A DNA stretch of 64,000 nt. Origin: Camelus dromedarius. Lineage: Eukaryota. The stretch is taken from positions 36,892,001 to 36,956,000 of the forward strand of contig NC_087447.1 of the NCBI RefSeq assembly GCF_036321535.1, read 5' to 3'. Below are positions 14,646 through 27,660 of this stretch, piece by piece (positions within the stretch are counted from its first letter, which is position 1; each line of letters opens with the position of its first letter). A program made the translations under genes and the position numbers. The notes beneath the pieces were generated by a model. It saw only the letters and a program-made list of their open reading frames with translations. It made no database searches and was not told the DNA's origin.

Positions 14646-16844
14646 TACTCTGTGCTGATCTAAGGCCTGATTTTCTCTGCCTCAGGGGCACAATATTAGG
14701 AGAGAGAAGGCCAAAGAATGCTATTTTTAGTTGAACAGTTCAGCAGATGGAGGCATGAATACCCATATATCTGAAGGTTGAGGGGCTTGAACCATTAATT
14801 TTGATAATGTATTTAACCCTGGGAACAATCAGAAACTGCAACTCTAAGGTTACAGTGCTTTTGACCTTTAGAAACAGAGGGCACTTGCTACAGTAAACAA
14901 TATATTATATTGCTACTTATTCCAATTCTCTACCGGTATAAATTTCAGGACCAGTTGCCATTTGCTTTCCTCAGCTATGTTAGCATTGGTCCTTCAAGTA
15001 AGTCAAAAAAGGGGACCAGTATAATGAGGCAGTCATGCAAATATGGCCTTTAAATAGCTAAGATGTTAGATTGTTTCTCAAGAAATATTGTCTGAGAAAG
15101 TAAGCTCAAATGACTTTTTATTTTAATGAAAAAGTGGTTTTAGTGTATTGATTCATTATGTGGTTACTTTCAATATGATAGATCCTTAGAGTAATTTTGT
15201 TTTGTTTTGTTTTTTAATTGAAAGTATTGTTGCCTCATAGTTGTAGTTTATATTAAATACAATCTGGCTCTGTGTCACGCAAAGCGGTACACCTGTCTCG
15301 TCCCTTCTTATTAAATGATGCATGCTTCTCTTTAGCAAATACAGCAGTTAAATATCACACAGTTTAAGAATTTCTAATTAAAATATCTCCACATGTAAGC
15401 ATATTGGTAATGTATTATTTTAATCCATTTATTTTGTTTATGAAACAGTGACATATGTTTAGATTGTGAAATATATGAGCCTTAAAAAATCACTTTATTG
15501 AAGAAAATTAATTTCTACAATACTGTCTCGGTAATGTGTTCTCTCACCCAGTCAGTCACTGGCGGCACTGCCAGTCTTAATGTTGGGTAGACACACTTAG
15601 CATTACAGTCCTGGAAAGAAGCAGTAACAGTTCTTTTTCTTAGCTCCAAATGGTAAGGTTTTCTTTCTTTCTTTCTTTTCTTTTTTATTTACTCATTAAT
15701 TCAAACCTGTCCCCCCAAAGCACTTTTTGTTGCCTTTTTTTTTTTTAATACAATGAAGGATGGGACTGAGTGCATGTATAAGGGATTCTGAAAGACCAAT
15801 CAAAATTAAAAACAAGCTAGTTACCTTTTCAAAGTTAGACATAGTAATTTGTTTGTCAGCAGGGAGATGTTTGGGTCAGCCCTGAAATAAAGTGACTGTC
15901 AGCAGTTATTCCTACAAGACAAGTAATTTCACTCAATGTATTACTGACAGATTGCTCACTTCTCTGAATCACCAGAGAAAACAAACTTAATATTGTTACA
16001 GGCAGAGTTTCTGTCTTCATTAGCCTCAGAGAATGATTTTTATCGAGCATTCAAAGCCTACCAAGCTTTAGTTGGAACATATTTTAACAGACAAGTTCTT
16101 ATAATTATAGTATAGGTGGTAGCCTACATGAAAGGAATTAAATATGAAAATTAACCAAATGTAAATACATTTTCATTTTTATGTGATGGGCATTCTGTGT
16201 AGTTAGGAAACATATGAGGAAAGGAGTATAATTAGAGCCTTAAAACACTAGGAAAACCTATCAACCATAAGTTATTCTTAAATGAAACCATTCAAGTCTT
16301 GCGAAGTTTGCAGAGATGGAGGAGAACAATTGAATTTTTGTAAAAGTGAGTACAGACACATATTTTACTTAAATGATATTGTCAATTTTTATGCTATAGA
16401 CGGAAAATGAAGAAGTGCCCATCAACACTGAGAACACTCTATTTCTATTTAGTTCCAACCTAAATGTTTGTATTTAGATGCTCTTCTCTGGCTCATAGCC
16501 TGTCTTCTTGTTTGCAATTGTAAACATGCCACAATTCTGTGGAGGAATGAGAAGGGTGAGTTAGATGTGCCGGGTGGGCTTCAAAGGTTGTGATTTCTAA
16601 TAGTGAGATGAATAAAGAGTTGATTAGAGTGACCTATTACTAGCTACCTGATGGAGAAAAAAATAATGCACTGATTCAAAGCTTGTTCTGACGATGCCAC
16701 CCAGGGGGCTGTGCTTTGAGGGGAAATGCTTCCTTTTCTCTTAATCGGCCTTCCCTCACCCACTTTGAGTTTAACAGTGTGATGGAATTTGGAAGGACCT
16801 TTCAGCTGGGATTAGATGAACTATGGACTAATGGAATGATCTCC

Positions 16845-17015
16845 ATTTTGGAATCAGAATCTTGGATTAGAGTTTTAGCTATTACTTATTTGCTATGTTA
16901 CACTGTACTGTTCTCAGATTACCTTCTTTTTTCCAGCTTGTTCATTGTAAAAAAGGGGATAATGTTTATTCTCAGGGTTGTTGTGAATAGTAAATGGGTT
17001 AATGAGGCATGTATT
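16845..17015 (+). mobile_element. MIR SINE relic
   Basis: ttttggaatcaga...acttatttgctatg...tgtaaaaaaggggataatg...cagggttgttgtgaatagtaaatg. Confidence 0.65.
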
Positions 17016-18034
17016 AGATTTCCATAAAAACGTTATCAGAGTAGGAAAGAACTTCCCAACATTCCAATAAGCAATCAATTCTACTTTAGCTTTGCTGCCT
17101 AAAGTGTTTCTGAGGGACAGTTCTAATCTACCATAATGTGTCACTGAATTCAGGGATTTTTGTCTGTTTTGTGTACCAATGATGCCTGGGACAGTATTTG
17201 GTAAAATGAACGAATTAGTGAATTTCCTCTTTGGTGATCATCTGGGACTCAAGTTCCTATGAAATCTTTTTTTTTTTTTATGTTCGGTCAAGTGCTCTGT
17301 TACTAGGAGGCATTATTAAATGACTACATTTCTAGGTAGGCTTTTAAACAAAAATGGCAGGTATCAAGTGTATCCTGATGGATGTTGGATTTTCTCTTAG
17401 AAATTTGATTTTCAGTTGATTTTTAGGTAATATCTAAAAGCTGAGAGAGTACAGCTCTTCTCACTAAGCTCTGTTAATCACTGTGTTTAAATTATTTGAT
17501 TGATGGGATGTTTAGCTGTACTCACAGAAATGGTTTAGTAGGAGCCCAAGACCTTGGAATTACAAAATTAGTGCAATTCTCTATCTTTTCTAATGTAACA
17601 TTTCCAGCAACATTCATTTAGCTCCAGCCTCACTAATTAATCTACTCAACAGGGAACTCCCAGTGTGTGAATGCTTGTATTTAAATAGACTGATTGTAAG
17701 ATATAGTGGTTTCTAAAATAGTAACAGGTACTTCTATTCCTGTTATTACCAAACTAGAGTTTTGAAGTAGTGTTTGGTTGGTATCATGTATCATGTATCT
17801 GTATGTTTATCTGTTATAATGAGCTACGCTGGAATTCAGAGAGATGATGCAATTAAGGATATAGTGGAAAGTTTAAAAGCAAAACATTCTAGTGCCTTAG
17901 AAAAAGCTTCACTCCAGTTTCCAACCATAGAGTAAGTCAGGAAATGCAGCACTTAGGAAATTTAAATCAGAAGAAGTTACTATGAAATATTTTGACATGT
18001 TAGGTAACAGAACAGACCGAGCAGGACAAAAACA

Positions 18035-19231
18035 TTTTTTAAACCACTGTATTAAGGTATGATTGACATACAAAAAGCTGCACATGTTTAATATATACAG
18101 CTGGATGAGTTTGGAGATAAGTATATATCCATGAAACAATACCACAATCCACGCCATAAACATATCCATCCATCCAAAAGTTTCCTTCCAACATTATTAT
18201 TATTATTATTTGGTGTGATAAGAACATTTAACAAGATTTACCCTCCTAGCAAGTTTTTAAGTATACAATGCAGTATTATTAACTGTGGGCTTTGTGCTCT
18301 ACAGTAGATCTCTAGGACTTATTTATTTTGGGTAATTGAAACTTTGTGCTCTTTGACTAATACTTCCTGTTTTCCCTCTTGCGCCCTCTGCAACAACCAT
18401 CCTACTCTCTGATTCTATGAGTTTGGCTATTTTGGATTCCTCATATAAGTGGTATCACATAGTATTTTTCCTTACGTATCTGGTTGATTTAACTGAGCAT
18501 AATGCCTTCCAAGTTCATCCATGTTGTTGCAAATGGCAGGATTTCCTCCTTTTAAAGGCTGAATAATATTCCATTTAATGTATGTATATTATATTTTATT
18601 TATCCATTCATCCATCAATGGACATTTAGGTTGCTTCCATGCCTTGGCTATTGTTAATAATGCTACAAAGAACATGGGAGTGAAGGTACCTCTTTGAGAT
18701 ATTGATTTTAATTTCTTTGGAGATATATCCAAAAGTTTCAGGCCTAATATTTAAAATTTTAATACATTTCAAGGTAATTGTTGTGTATAGTTTAAGATAA
18801 AGGTCCAATTCCATTATTTTGCTTGTGGGTACTCAGTTTTTCCAATGCCATTTATTGAAGAAACTATCCTTCCCTCATTGGGTATTCTTGTTACCATTGT
18901 CAAATCATCTGGCTGTATTTGTGTAGGTTTACTTCTGGGCTCTCTATTTTGTTCCATTGGTCTATATATCCATTTTATGGCAGTAGCACCCTGTTTTGAT
19001 TACTGTAGCTTTATGATATATTTTGAAATCAGGAGATGTGATTCCCCCAGCTTTGTTCTTGTTCAAGTTTGGTTTGGATATTTGGGGTCTTTTGTTTTGC
19101 ATGTGAATTTTAGAACTTTTTAAACAATTTCTTTAAAAAAATGCCATTGGGATTTTGATAGGGATTGCACTGAATCTGTAGATCACTTTGAGTAGTATAG
19201 ACATTTTAACAATTTTAATTATTCCAATCCA
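18035..19231 (-). mobile_element. 5'-truncated LINE-1 (L1MA/L1MB-like) with an internal deletion near 18735
   Basis: L1 3' UTR from 18035; ORF2 remnant MELDLYLKLYTTITLKCIKILNIRPET (18626-18814, minus strand); collinear with the 2695-5545 copy except for a missing block. Confidence 0.9.
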
Positions 19232-20532
19232 AAATATGTTTAAGTGATATATTAATTAAAAGGGGTTTGGAAGCTACAGTTGGATAGACTCCCATCATAG
19301 ATGTGCCCCAGTGGAAGGGTAAAACTTTCGAACAGTAGAGCTAGCACATAATTACCATTCTGCCAGTCCTTCCTTTCTGTTTTATTTGCAGAAAATTTCA
19401 TATGCTGCAGGTATGTATGTTTGTGCAAATCCATCCAAAATGGAAATTCAGGGAAAATTTGTAATGATTTAAACTCTCTGTACTGATTTGAAACTGTCTT
19501 CCTTTGTTTTGACTGTTCTAGATTAATACGATTAGGATAATTAGATCCTTTTACATATCTTCCAAACTTAAATGGCACTAATGATAGATTCTTTTCTCAA
19601 TTAAACATAAACAAACAAGCAGTGAACATCTACCGTACTAAGTATCTACTGTATCAGTTGTTTATGGATTTAAAAAATTCATGCATTTCCTTCTTCCATA
19701 CCTCTCTCATAGTTGGTGACATCAGTACATCCATCTTGAGTCACATTGAGAGGAATTAACATTCTTTTTTTCCAGCTTTATAAACACTGATTTTTTAATA
19801 TTTATAGTCATTTAGTGCTGGTTTAGCTAGGTATTTGCATTTACTTTTAATAAACAAAAATGGAGACAAAATAAAGCAAGATTTATTTTATTTCTTAAGG
19901 CCTCCACCCTCTTGATAATTTGGTGAAGCAAAGACTCAATAAGAATTCTTAATTTCCAGTAAACTGCACTGAGTTAATTTCTTATTGTGTGTTTCTCTTA
20001 TAGCACCAGCTATATTTAATACCTGTAACTCACCTTTGATGTCATACTATAATTTAACCTAGACCATGACCCTTGGTACTTTATCATAATTTCCCTAATG
20101 CTATAAATCTTGAGCAGAATGAACCGAAACAAAAATAAATGATGCATATGTATAGAGATTTTATTGCTTAAAATGTATACACGTGTTGACTATCTCAAAC
20201 CCTCCCAAGTGCAAACGTATAGTGCTCATTTGAAGCCAGTTTGAAATAGAGTTGCTTTTAATCTAGAAAAATCCATTTTGGGACTATATAGCAAGTTTTC
20301 ACTCTAATTTACTTTTTCATTTAAATTAAAGAAACAGTGAAGTATTATATCCTTTCTCTTAAAATTCTTATTAGTTGAAATTACACCTAATTAGCTTTGA
20401 ATTACTATTACAATGGCATAAAACTTACTGTATCTTAGAGTTACATCAAAATCTTTTTTAAAACAGAAGCTTATAAATGATCATGCTCAGGAAATTTGAA
20501 AAATTTGTATGAAAATTGAGATAACAAATTTA

Positions 20533-20905
20533 CTTACTCAATTATTTAACAAATATTTATTTAGTGTCTGTAATGTGCCAGGTATTATTCTAGACCAGTG
20601 CTCCTCAGCTGGAGGCAGTGTTGCCCCCTAGAGTTCAGTTGACAATGACTGGAGACAGTTTTGATTGTTACAACTTGGGGTGGGGGTGGAGATACTATTG
20701 AAACCTAGTGAGTAAGGGACAGGGATGCTGCCAAATACCCTGCTGTGAACAGGTCAGTCCCCTCCTCCAGCAAAGAATCATCCAGTCCAAACTATCAGCA
20801 GTACTGAGGCTGAGAAAACCTGTTTTAGGTACCGGAGAAATATCAGTGAGTAAAACAAAGTCCTTGCCCTCATGGAGTTTACATGCTAGTTGGGGAAAGA
20901 GAAAA
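20533..20905 (-). mobile_element. L2 3' end split by a MER20 insertion
   Basis: aacaaatatttatttagtgtctgtaatgtgccaggtattattctag [MER20] ...aaacaaagtccttgccctcatggagtttacatgctag matches the reverse L2 terminus. Confidence 0.75.
20596..20822 (+). mobile_element. MER20 (hAT-Charlie non-autonomous DNA transposon), near full length
   Basis: Ends cagtg...tgagaaaacctg; internal ctggagacagttttgattgttacaact and cagggatgctgc motifs; degenerate 8-bp TSD ttctagac/ttttaggt. Confidence 0.88.
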
Positions 20906-23900
20906 TAGGGAAAGGAATATTTAATAAAGGGTTGGGATTGCAAATCTTACTCATCGTAACAGAAATATCCCACCTACCTATCTACCTGAACCAGTATGGG
21001 CAGATTTTTTAAAAATTGAGACCTATGTGATTATTCTTAGTTCCTTGTTTCACTTGGATCTTCAAAACTAAGACTTTTATTCTAGCCAGTCACTTCTGGC
21101 TAGAACAGTCACAATTCTCCTCAGGCTCATTTATTCAATTGTATTAAGTACAACATATACTCTGGCTTTCAGTAAAGGGATGTTGTTTCTGACTATAATA
21201 ATATATAAGTCTATCTTTCAGAGTAAAGTAAATATGAAATTTGGTAAGGACCTGGGAGCTATTCATTAGTTTTTATAGGATACTATTTACTGAGATCTCA
21301 TAGGACAAGTGGAATCATTCTTGGCAAGGAACCTGTATTTGATGTGTGAATTGGATATTACAAAGGAAGCCTGACTTTCTAAAAACAAAACAAAACAGAT
21401 TTAAGAGTAGTATGAATATTATATGTATGTATACATATTACATAGTCCTATTAATAAACAATTTCTATTCAGGCTTTATAATAAATATGCTTTAATGTTA
21501 TTCCCATATTTTATAAGAAAATGAGGCTCAGATGGGTTAAGTGACTTGGACCAGATTACTCATCTATTAAACAAAATAAGACTATAATACATACTTAAGT
21601 GCATTTTAAAATTTACTTCTTGACCTGGATTCTTTGCTTTAAACTCTGCTGTCTGTAGGTATATAGGAAGCAGTCATTTAGAAGCTTTCTTGCATAACTT
21701 ATTCTCCTCTTATTATAATATTCAAGTGAATTAAATTATGAAAGGAAAAATTTCAAAGTTAACATGACATTCTTGGGATCTCAAAGAGTTCACGTATCTG
21801 CCAAATTTCTGGTTAACTGTCCAGAGGAAACTTCAAGCCTAATAGAATTGACAAAGATAAGAAGAACTATCATGAAATACATCTTATTCTGTAGCTTTCT
21901 TTTGAGAAAAACGCTTAGAATGTTTTTGCTGAATGCCAGAGTCCTATTCTTTGGAGAGTTTCTGGGCCTGTCTTATCATTTCAAAGTTTTGATGAGTCTC
22001 CTGGAGTAGCTGGGGAGTGTGTCCTTGCCCATCCCCAGCCTGCGCTGCCCTCTGAGCACGTTCAGCAGGTTGCATGCCAGCAGATGAAGCAGATGTTCAA
22101 CCATCCTGGAATGGAGCGCCTGCTGCATCAGGAGCTGGGGATTCCTCCTGACATCTGGACGTTGCTGGGTCGGGATGCCTGCCTCTGGCCAGGCGGCCGC
22201 GGGGGCTGTGGGGCGGAGATCATGGAGTCTTTGCCGCTCTTTAAGCGATTAGTGCACTGAAGCAGCAATAATGTTGAATTATCGCTTGGCTGCTTTCTTC
22301 TCAGGAATCTTGGGACAATAGGAGAGTCAGGAAGGAGCATTTACAGTAAAGTCATGTTCGGAGAGACAAGACTAATTATAGAGTATTAAAGAGCTTTATT
22401 TTAAGTGATTTAATTTACAAATAGCTCTGGACAGTGTATGAAACTTTTTAGAACCATAAACCCAGTAGCTTAAAGAGACTTTTCTAATTAAAAATGGCTA
22501 GTACAGAACTATTATTTCAGCAATTTTCTAGTTTTAGAGTCTGGTCAAGTTTTGCCACTGAAGATGCTGCATCTGCTAAAAAGAGAAAATTTACCAGTAC
22601 TTGTAGCTGCTGGGGAAAAAGTCTCTAACTTGAGGAGAAGGATGACTTTTGGGTAAGAGATTGACTGGATTCTGCACTGACCTACGGTTTCACTTTGTCA
22701 CACTGAAAACTGGTCTGCATTTGCTACCCAGAGCTGAAACCATCTGTTACACCAATTTCCTTTATGATAGGTGTTACTTAAGCACAATGGATGTGGAAAT
22801 GGGTAGTTTAAAATGTATTTTGCAATGAACAGTTGTCACATTATGTTGCTTTTCCTCTTATAATTTTTCATTAGTGAGACCTCTGTGCTCAAAGGAGCCT
22901 TCTTATAAACAGATTATGGCCATTTGTGTTCACAGTAATATATTGGAGAACGCTGTGTTGCTCTCACTTAACCTCTCGTATTCTGAGGGGGTTATATTTA
23001 ATTAAGACTGGTGAGAGGCTGACCTGAGAGGCTGTAGAAAGTGATTGAGCTGCGTTTTCCAAGCTCTGCTCTAGTCATCTGGGAGAGAAATAAAAAAAAA
23101 AAAATTGGAAAATACTATTTTCTGAAATTCCCTCTAACTAAGCTGTATTTCAACGGGCCATTTAATGCTCAAATGGACAAAGGTATTACTTCAGTCATTG
23201 AATTGTATCAAACTCCTTCTCAGAGGCCCAGTTTAAAAACTCTGTAGGAAAAGAGGTTTAGCATCACGTTCTCAATGGATTATCGCTTGGTCTGCTTACA
23301 AATAAAAAAGCAAATACATTTTTTTAAAAAGAAAGAAGAAACACTCACTGTCACTAAATGGAATGGACCATGTGCCCCAACCAGTCCTCAGTGCACCAGG
23401 ATTGCCCCCCAGAGTTTAGGAGCTCCTTAGACCACATAGAAAAAGATACTGTTTGTTCTCTGCAGTGTTGCTGTTACCTGCTCAGAACATCTTCATATCA
23501 AGGAAGTGTTTGCTGCAGGGCCCAAGGGGCAGTCCCTGAATAATGAATGCAAAGTTATGTCATTGGCTTAGACATAGCACAACAGAGAGAGTGAGAGCAA
23601 GAGTGGGAAACTTTATTGAGATAGTAGAGGCCTAGATGTGACTGATTTGGGTGGAAGTCCCCTACTTCTCCATCTATTTATCGATAATTTTAATAAAGAG
23701 GCATTTCTTAGTTGCAGAGCAAAATGGTCATACATAATTCAGCTATGTTCAACCATATCATTCTTGATTTTAGATCCACCTCTGCCATGTTTCCTGATTA
23801 TGGAACACTATGACCAGATACAGATAGACCTCCCTGTGAAGCAGGAAAATGACTATATATCGTCGGGTGATGATTTGCCACCATGTATTCAGACACCATG

Positions 23901-25224
23901 CTCACTCTTTATTAGAACAACTAGCTTGTTCTCTGATATGTTTTCTGTCTAAACAATAGTGAATGACTTGGAGATTTCAAGAAATCAGTGCTTCTTGGTT
24001 CCACAAGTCTTCTTAAGTTAAAAGAACTAAGTGAGCATGAGCTAATGTCCTCTGAACCGCAGTCTCCTCAGCTATGAAATGAGGATAATGACACTTTCCA
24101 TATTGTGAGGATCAAATGAGGTAACCTAAGCCAGTCAGCTAGTCTCTACATCCTTATGCTTGTATCTCTTATTAATTCATTAATTCAACATATTTAAATG
24201 CATGTACTAGGTACTTTAGATACTCTATTAAACAAGCAAGCCAAACAAGTTTTTGCCCTTTTATAATAGCCTAGGGAGAAAATCAATTAGATGAGCATTT
24301 CTTCAGTGATAAGAAAGGTGACATGGCTGATCATTTGGAATCTCTGTATAAGTATACAAATTTATTGATTGACCGAGATGACTGTGTATAGGCTCTTTGA
24401 AATCCTTTTGTTCTAAAGCCATTGCCTGATGACCACTTGCTTCTGAGCTCACAAAGCATGAGACCCAGTGCAGTGCTCTTTAGCAAGAAGTGATGGTCAG
24501 GCATCAGTTAAGGTACTTTAAACTGGACTTCCCACCAATCAAGAAAAAGTGCCACCATTTTGAAAGAAAAACCTTCACAAATAGACAATGAGATTGTAAA
24601 ATTGTATAGGTTTTCAGAGCTAGAAAAGCCCTCAAAAGCTTTGAGAGTCAAATCCTAACTCTACCAGTGGTTCCATGAGCTTGGGCAAATTAATCTTTCT
24701 ATACCCAGATTCTATTAAATGGATTAGGAATGACACCTATCCCCATAGGGCAGTTGCAAGAATGCTTGTGAAAAGTGCTTTATGAACTTTATTTTTTTTG
24801 TGAATCTTTTGGTTTTACAGTTGAAGAGGCTGAGGCCTAGAGACATGGATTAATTTGACCAGAGCCACATAGCCTGTAAGTGGCCTGGGTTAGGATGTGT
24901 AGAATTGTGAGGCAACAGTGTGGAGAACAAAATTTTATGACTTATTGTAAATAAAGTTTGGATGAATTGAACTGAATTTAAACATATGGCCAAGATGTTA
25001 GTATATATTATGCTTCCACTTATTCTAGGTGGGGGTGGGTGGTGATGAGTTTTTGTAGAGATTTTTTTTTTTGCAATGGAATGTACCAACCTAATGAAGG
25101 TTATCCTTTTAAAAAAAACAGGGCATATTAAAGTATAAGACTCTGTAACAGTACTGGTAGTAGTGACAAGGCCAAAATACAAATTTATAGTGACATGAAA
25201 AAGGATTAATTATTCAGTTCACTT

Positions 25225-25745
25225 AGACATTAATTTCCCAAATGTTTATTAAGTGCCTGATGTGTAGTAAGCACTGTGCTCTGTTTGGGGGATACTAAGA
25301 TGGGTAGAACTTGATCCCTGTCCTCAGAAGGCCCACAATCCAGTAACAGTGTGATAAATTGTTAAAATATATGTGTTTCCAGAATAAAAATGCTATGGGA
25401 GGAGGAAGTGTTAAGGTCTGCCTGCAGAAGTATTGGCAATCTTCATGGATGAGCTGATGTTAAAGTTGAATCTTGAAAGGAGAGAGGAAATACACTAGGT
25501 TTATGGGGGAGGGATTCAGAGTGGCAGAGATACAGAGGCGAGTAAAAGCACTCCAGATGAAGAGCAGTCTGCCTGTAGGTGTAGAAGCGATAGACAGCAT
25601 GGCACATTCGGAAAATAACGAACAGTCTGGCACAGGCTGAGCATGTGAGAGCAATAGGAGGTGAGATTGGAAAGGTAAGCGAGGGGTCAGATCACAAAGT
25701 GCCTTTTACACCACACTGGGGGATTTGCAATGCATGTGGTAGACA
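25225..25745 (-). mobile_element. L2 relic
   Basis: aaatgtttattaagtgcctgatgtgtagtaagcactgtgct...gatccctgtcctcagaag...agttgaatcttgaaagg...gagattggaaaggtaag. Confidence 0.75.
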
Positions 25746-27513
25746 TGATTTTATTCACACCATAAATGGTAAAGTGGTATAAGGTATAGTGAACAACTTC
25801 ATGATGTGATATTCCTCTATTAATTTGATCTCTAGTTTACATTTCCCCTTACACCAGATTTAATAGTTAGGGAACTATGTTTGTTAAGATTCATGGTCCC
25901 TTTAGTACAATGGTACCCTGTGGCAAGTGAAACTGTACAAATAGTGTAATGATACACGCAAAATAAACAAAACTGTTTAAGATTGAAGCAAAGCCAAGGT
26001 CCAACCATTTCCCTGGGATTTGGGGAAATCTTGTAATCTGCAGTTTGTACTAAACTCAATCACAGTTAGCACATTGCTTCTCAGTGAAGGGGCCTTCATA
26101 CTAATATTTCAACCAAACGATGAAGCAAGGAGTAAAAATCTATAAAGAAAAGCTATGGTTCTTCTAATTGTTAATGCCTTGAAATTACGCCCCTTTCTGG
26201 AATAATAAAATGTTCCTTGGCAGAGGTCAGGATCTCTGCCACTGACTTATTTAACAGATCCTCTTAACATCTGTCCTGCAGACTGTGCACTTTATTAGCA
26301 GACAAGAGACCCAACAGACTTAGCCTGCTGTGTCCCTTTTTCACATTCACACAGCTGTGGATTAACTCAGAGTTTCCAGAAGAGGACCAACCAGAAGGGA
26401 TAGTAATGTTATTGGCTGATTCTAAAAAGATGGGAAAAAAGAGCAGAAACAAATGTTGCCCTAGTACAATTCAGTGTTTTTAGGGTGACAATTACCAGTC
26501 TGTTTTAAAAAGGAATAAAAGCAGCTATTTCTCTAAAAGAGGAAAGTCTATTCATATCTGTGTGGGAACCTAATCAGGCTCTTGTTTCCAATGACGATGA
26601 CTCCACAGTCGCACCAGGTCTGCGACAAGAATGCTCCTTTTGTATGCCGATAATGTGGAAACGATAAAATTTCCTTTAAGAGACATATGTGTTTACATCA
26701 TGAGATGTGTTATTTGACAAAATGCTTTGTTCTCCTCATATTTTCCATGCAGAGTTTCATGCTGGGTTGTTTGGCTGGAAATCTTTGATTAACTCGAATT
26801 AGTTGCTGAAATAAAATAGACACTTTTGTTTTATGAGTCCTCTTGCTGAGCTGTAAATTATAGTAAAACATATAAGGAGTGACAGAAAGAAGTGCTGATT
26901 TGAACCTCTGACCCACGACAGGCACAAAAACATAAGATTATTCCTTCAAAGAGCTGCATAGAGACATAAATATTCCATGGTCCGCTCAGAATTACGCCCT
27001 CTTAACAAACTAAAGCTGTGATTTTACATCATGTAACGAGGGTTTTCTAGAGGTGTTACAGTAGGCTTAGAGGAGATACTGAGATTCTGACACCCTCCTG
27101 CAAATTAGGACTTTGAATGCTTAAAGCGTTTTCTCTGTCCAACAATGGACAATGAAAACAAGAACAAAGTTCCTATTCCCTAAATGAATAGCCAAGGGAG
27201 GTTTCCCTTTTTCCAGTGAAGTGGTACATTCTATAAATCTTAAGGCTTTCTCAAAGCTTCATTGGCCCTTAGTGTGAACATCTTAATTCTGTGGAGCACA
27301 GTCTTTGCGTACTAGCCTAAAGGAATGGGCTGTGACGGGGAGACGTTACCACAAGCAGAAAAGAAATTCTGTTAATCTAAACCCTCCCCATTCTTCTCAG
27401 GATTTTTGTAGTTGTTGTTAATTAATTTTATAGGATTATTTTTAAACATTTAGCTAACATAGATCTCTTTTTTGGGCTTTGCTATAAGCAAAATGTACCT
27501 AATTGTCCTCAGT

Positions 27514-27660
27514 CAAAACTAATTGTGCTGGATGTGTTAAATAAGCTTATTGTGGTAATTATTTCATAAGAGATACACATATTAAATTATTGTATGTACA
27601 CATTAAACTTACACAACGTTATTTACCAATTATATCTCAATAAATCTAGGAGAAAAAAAC
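27514..27660 (+). mobile_element. Short L1MA-like 3' end with AATAAA and A tail
   Basis: ggatgtgttaa...gtacacattaaacttacacaa...caattatatctcaataaa...aaaaaaa; candidate TSD cctaattgtcctcagt (27498-27513) and cctaattgttctcaat (27661-27676), 14/16 identical. Confidence 0.8.

Noticed and set aside
21080..21105. 10-bp inverted repeat ttctagccag-n6-ctggctagaa
   Set aside because: Isolated, too short for a pre-miRNA, and plausible by chance in 64 kb.
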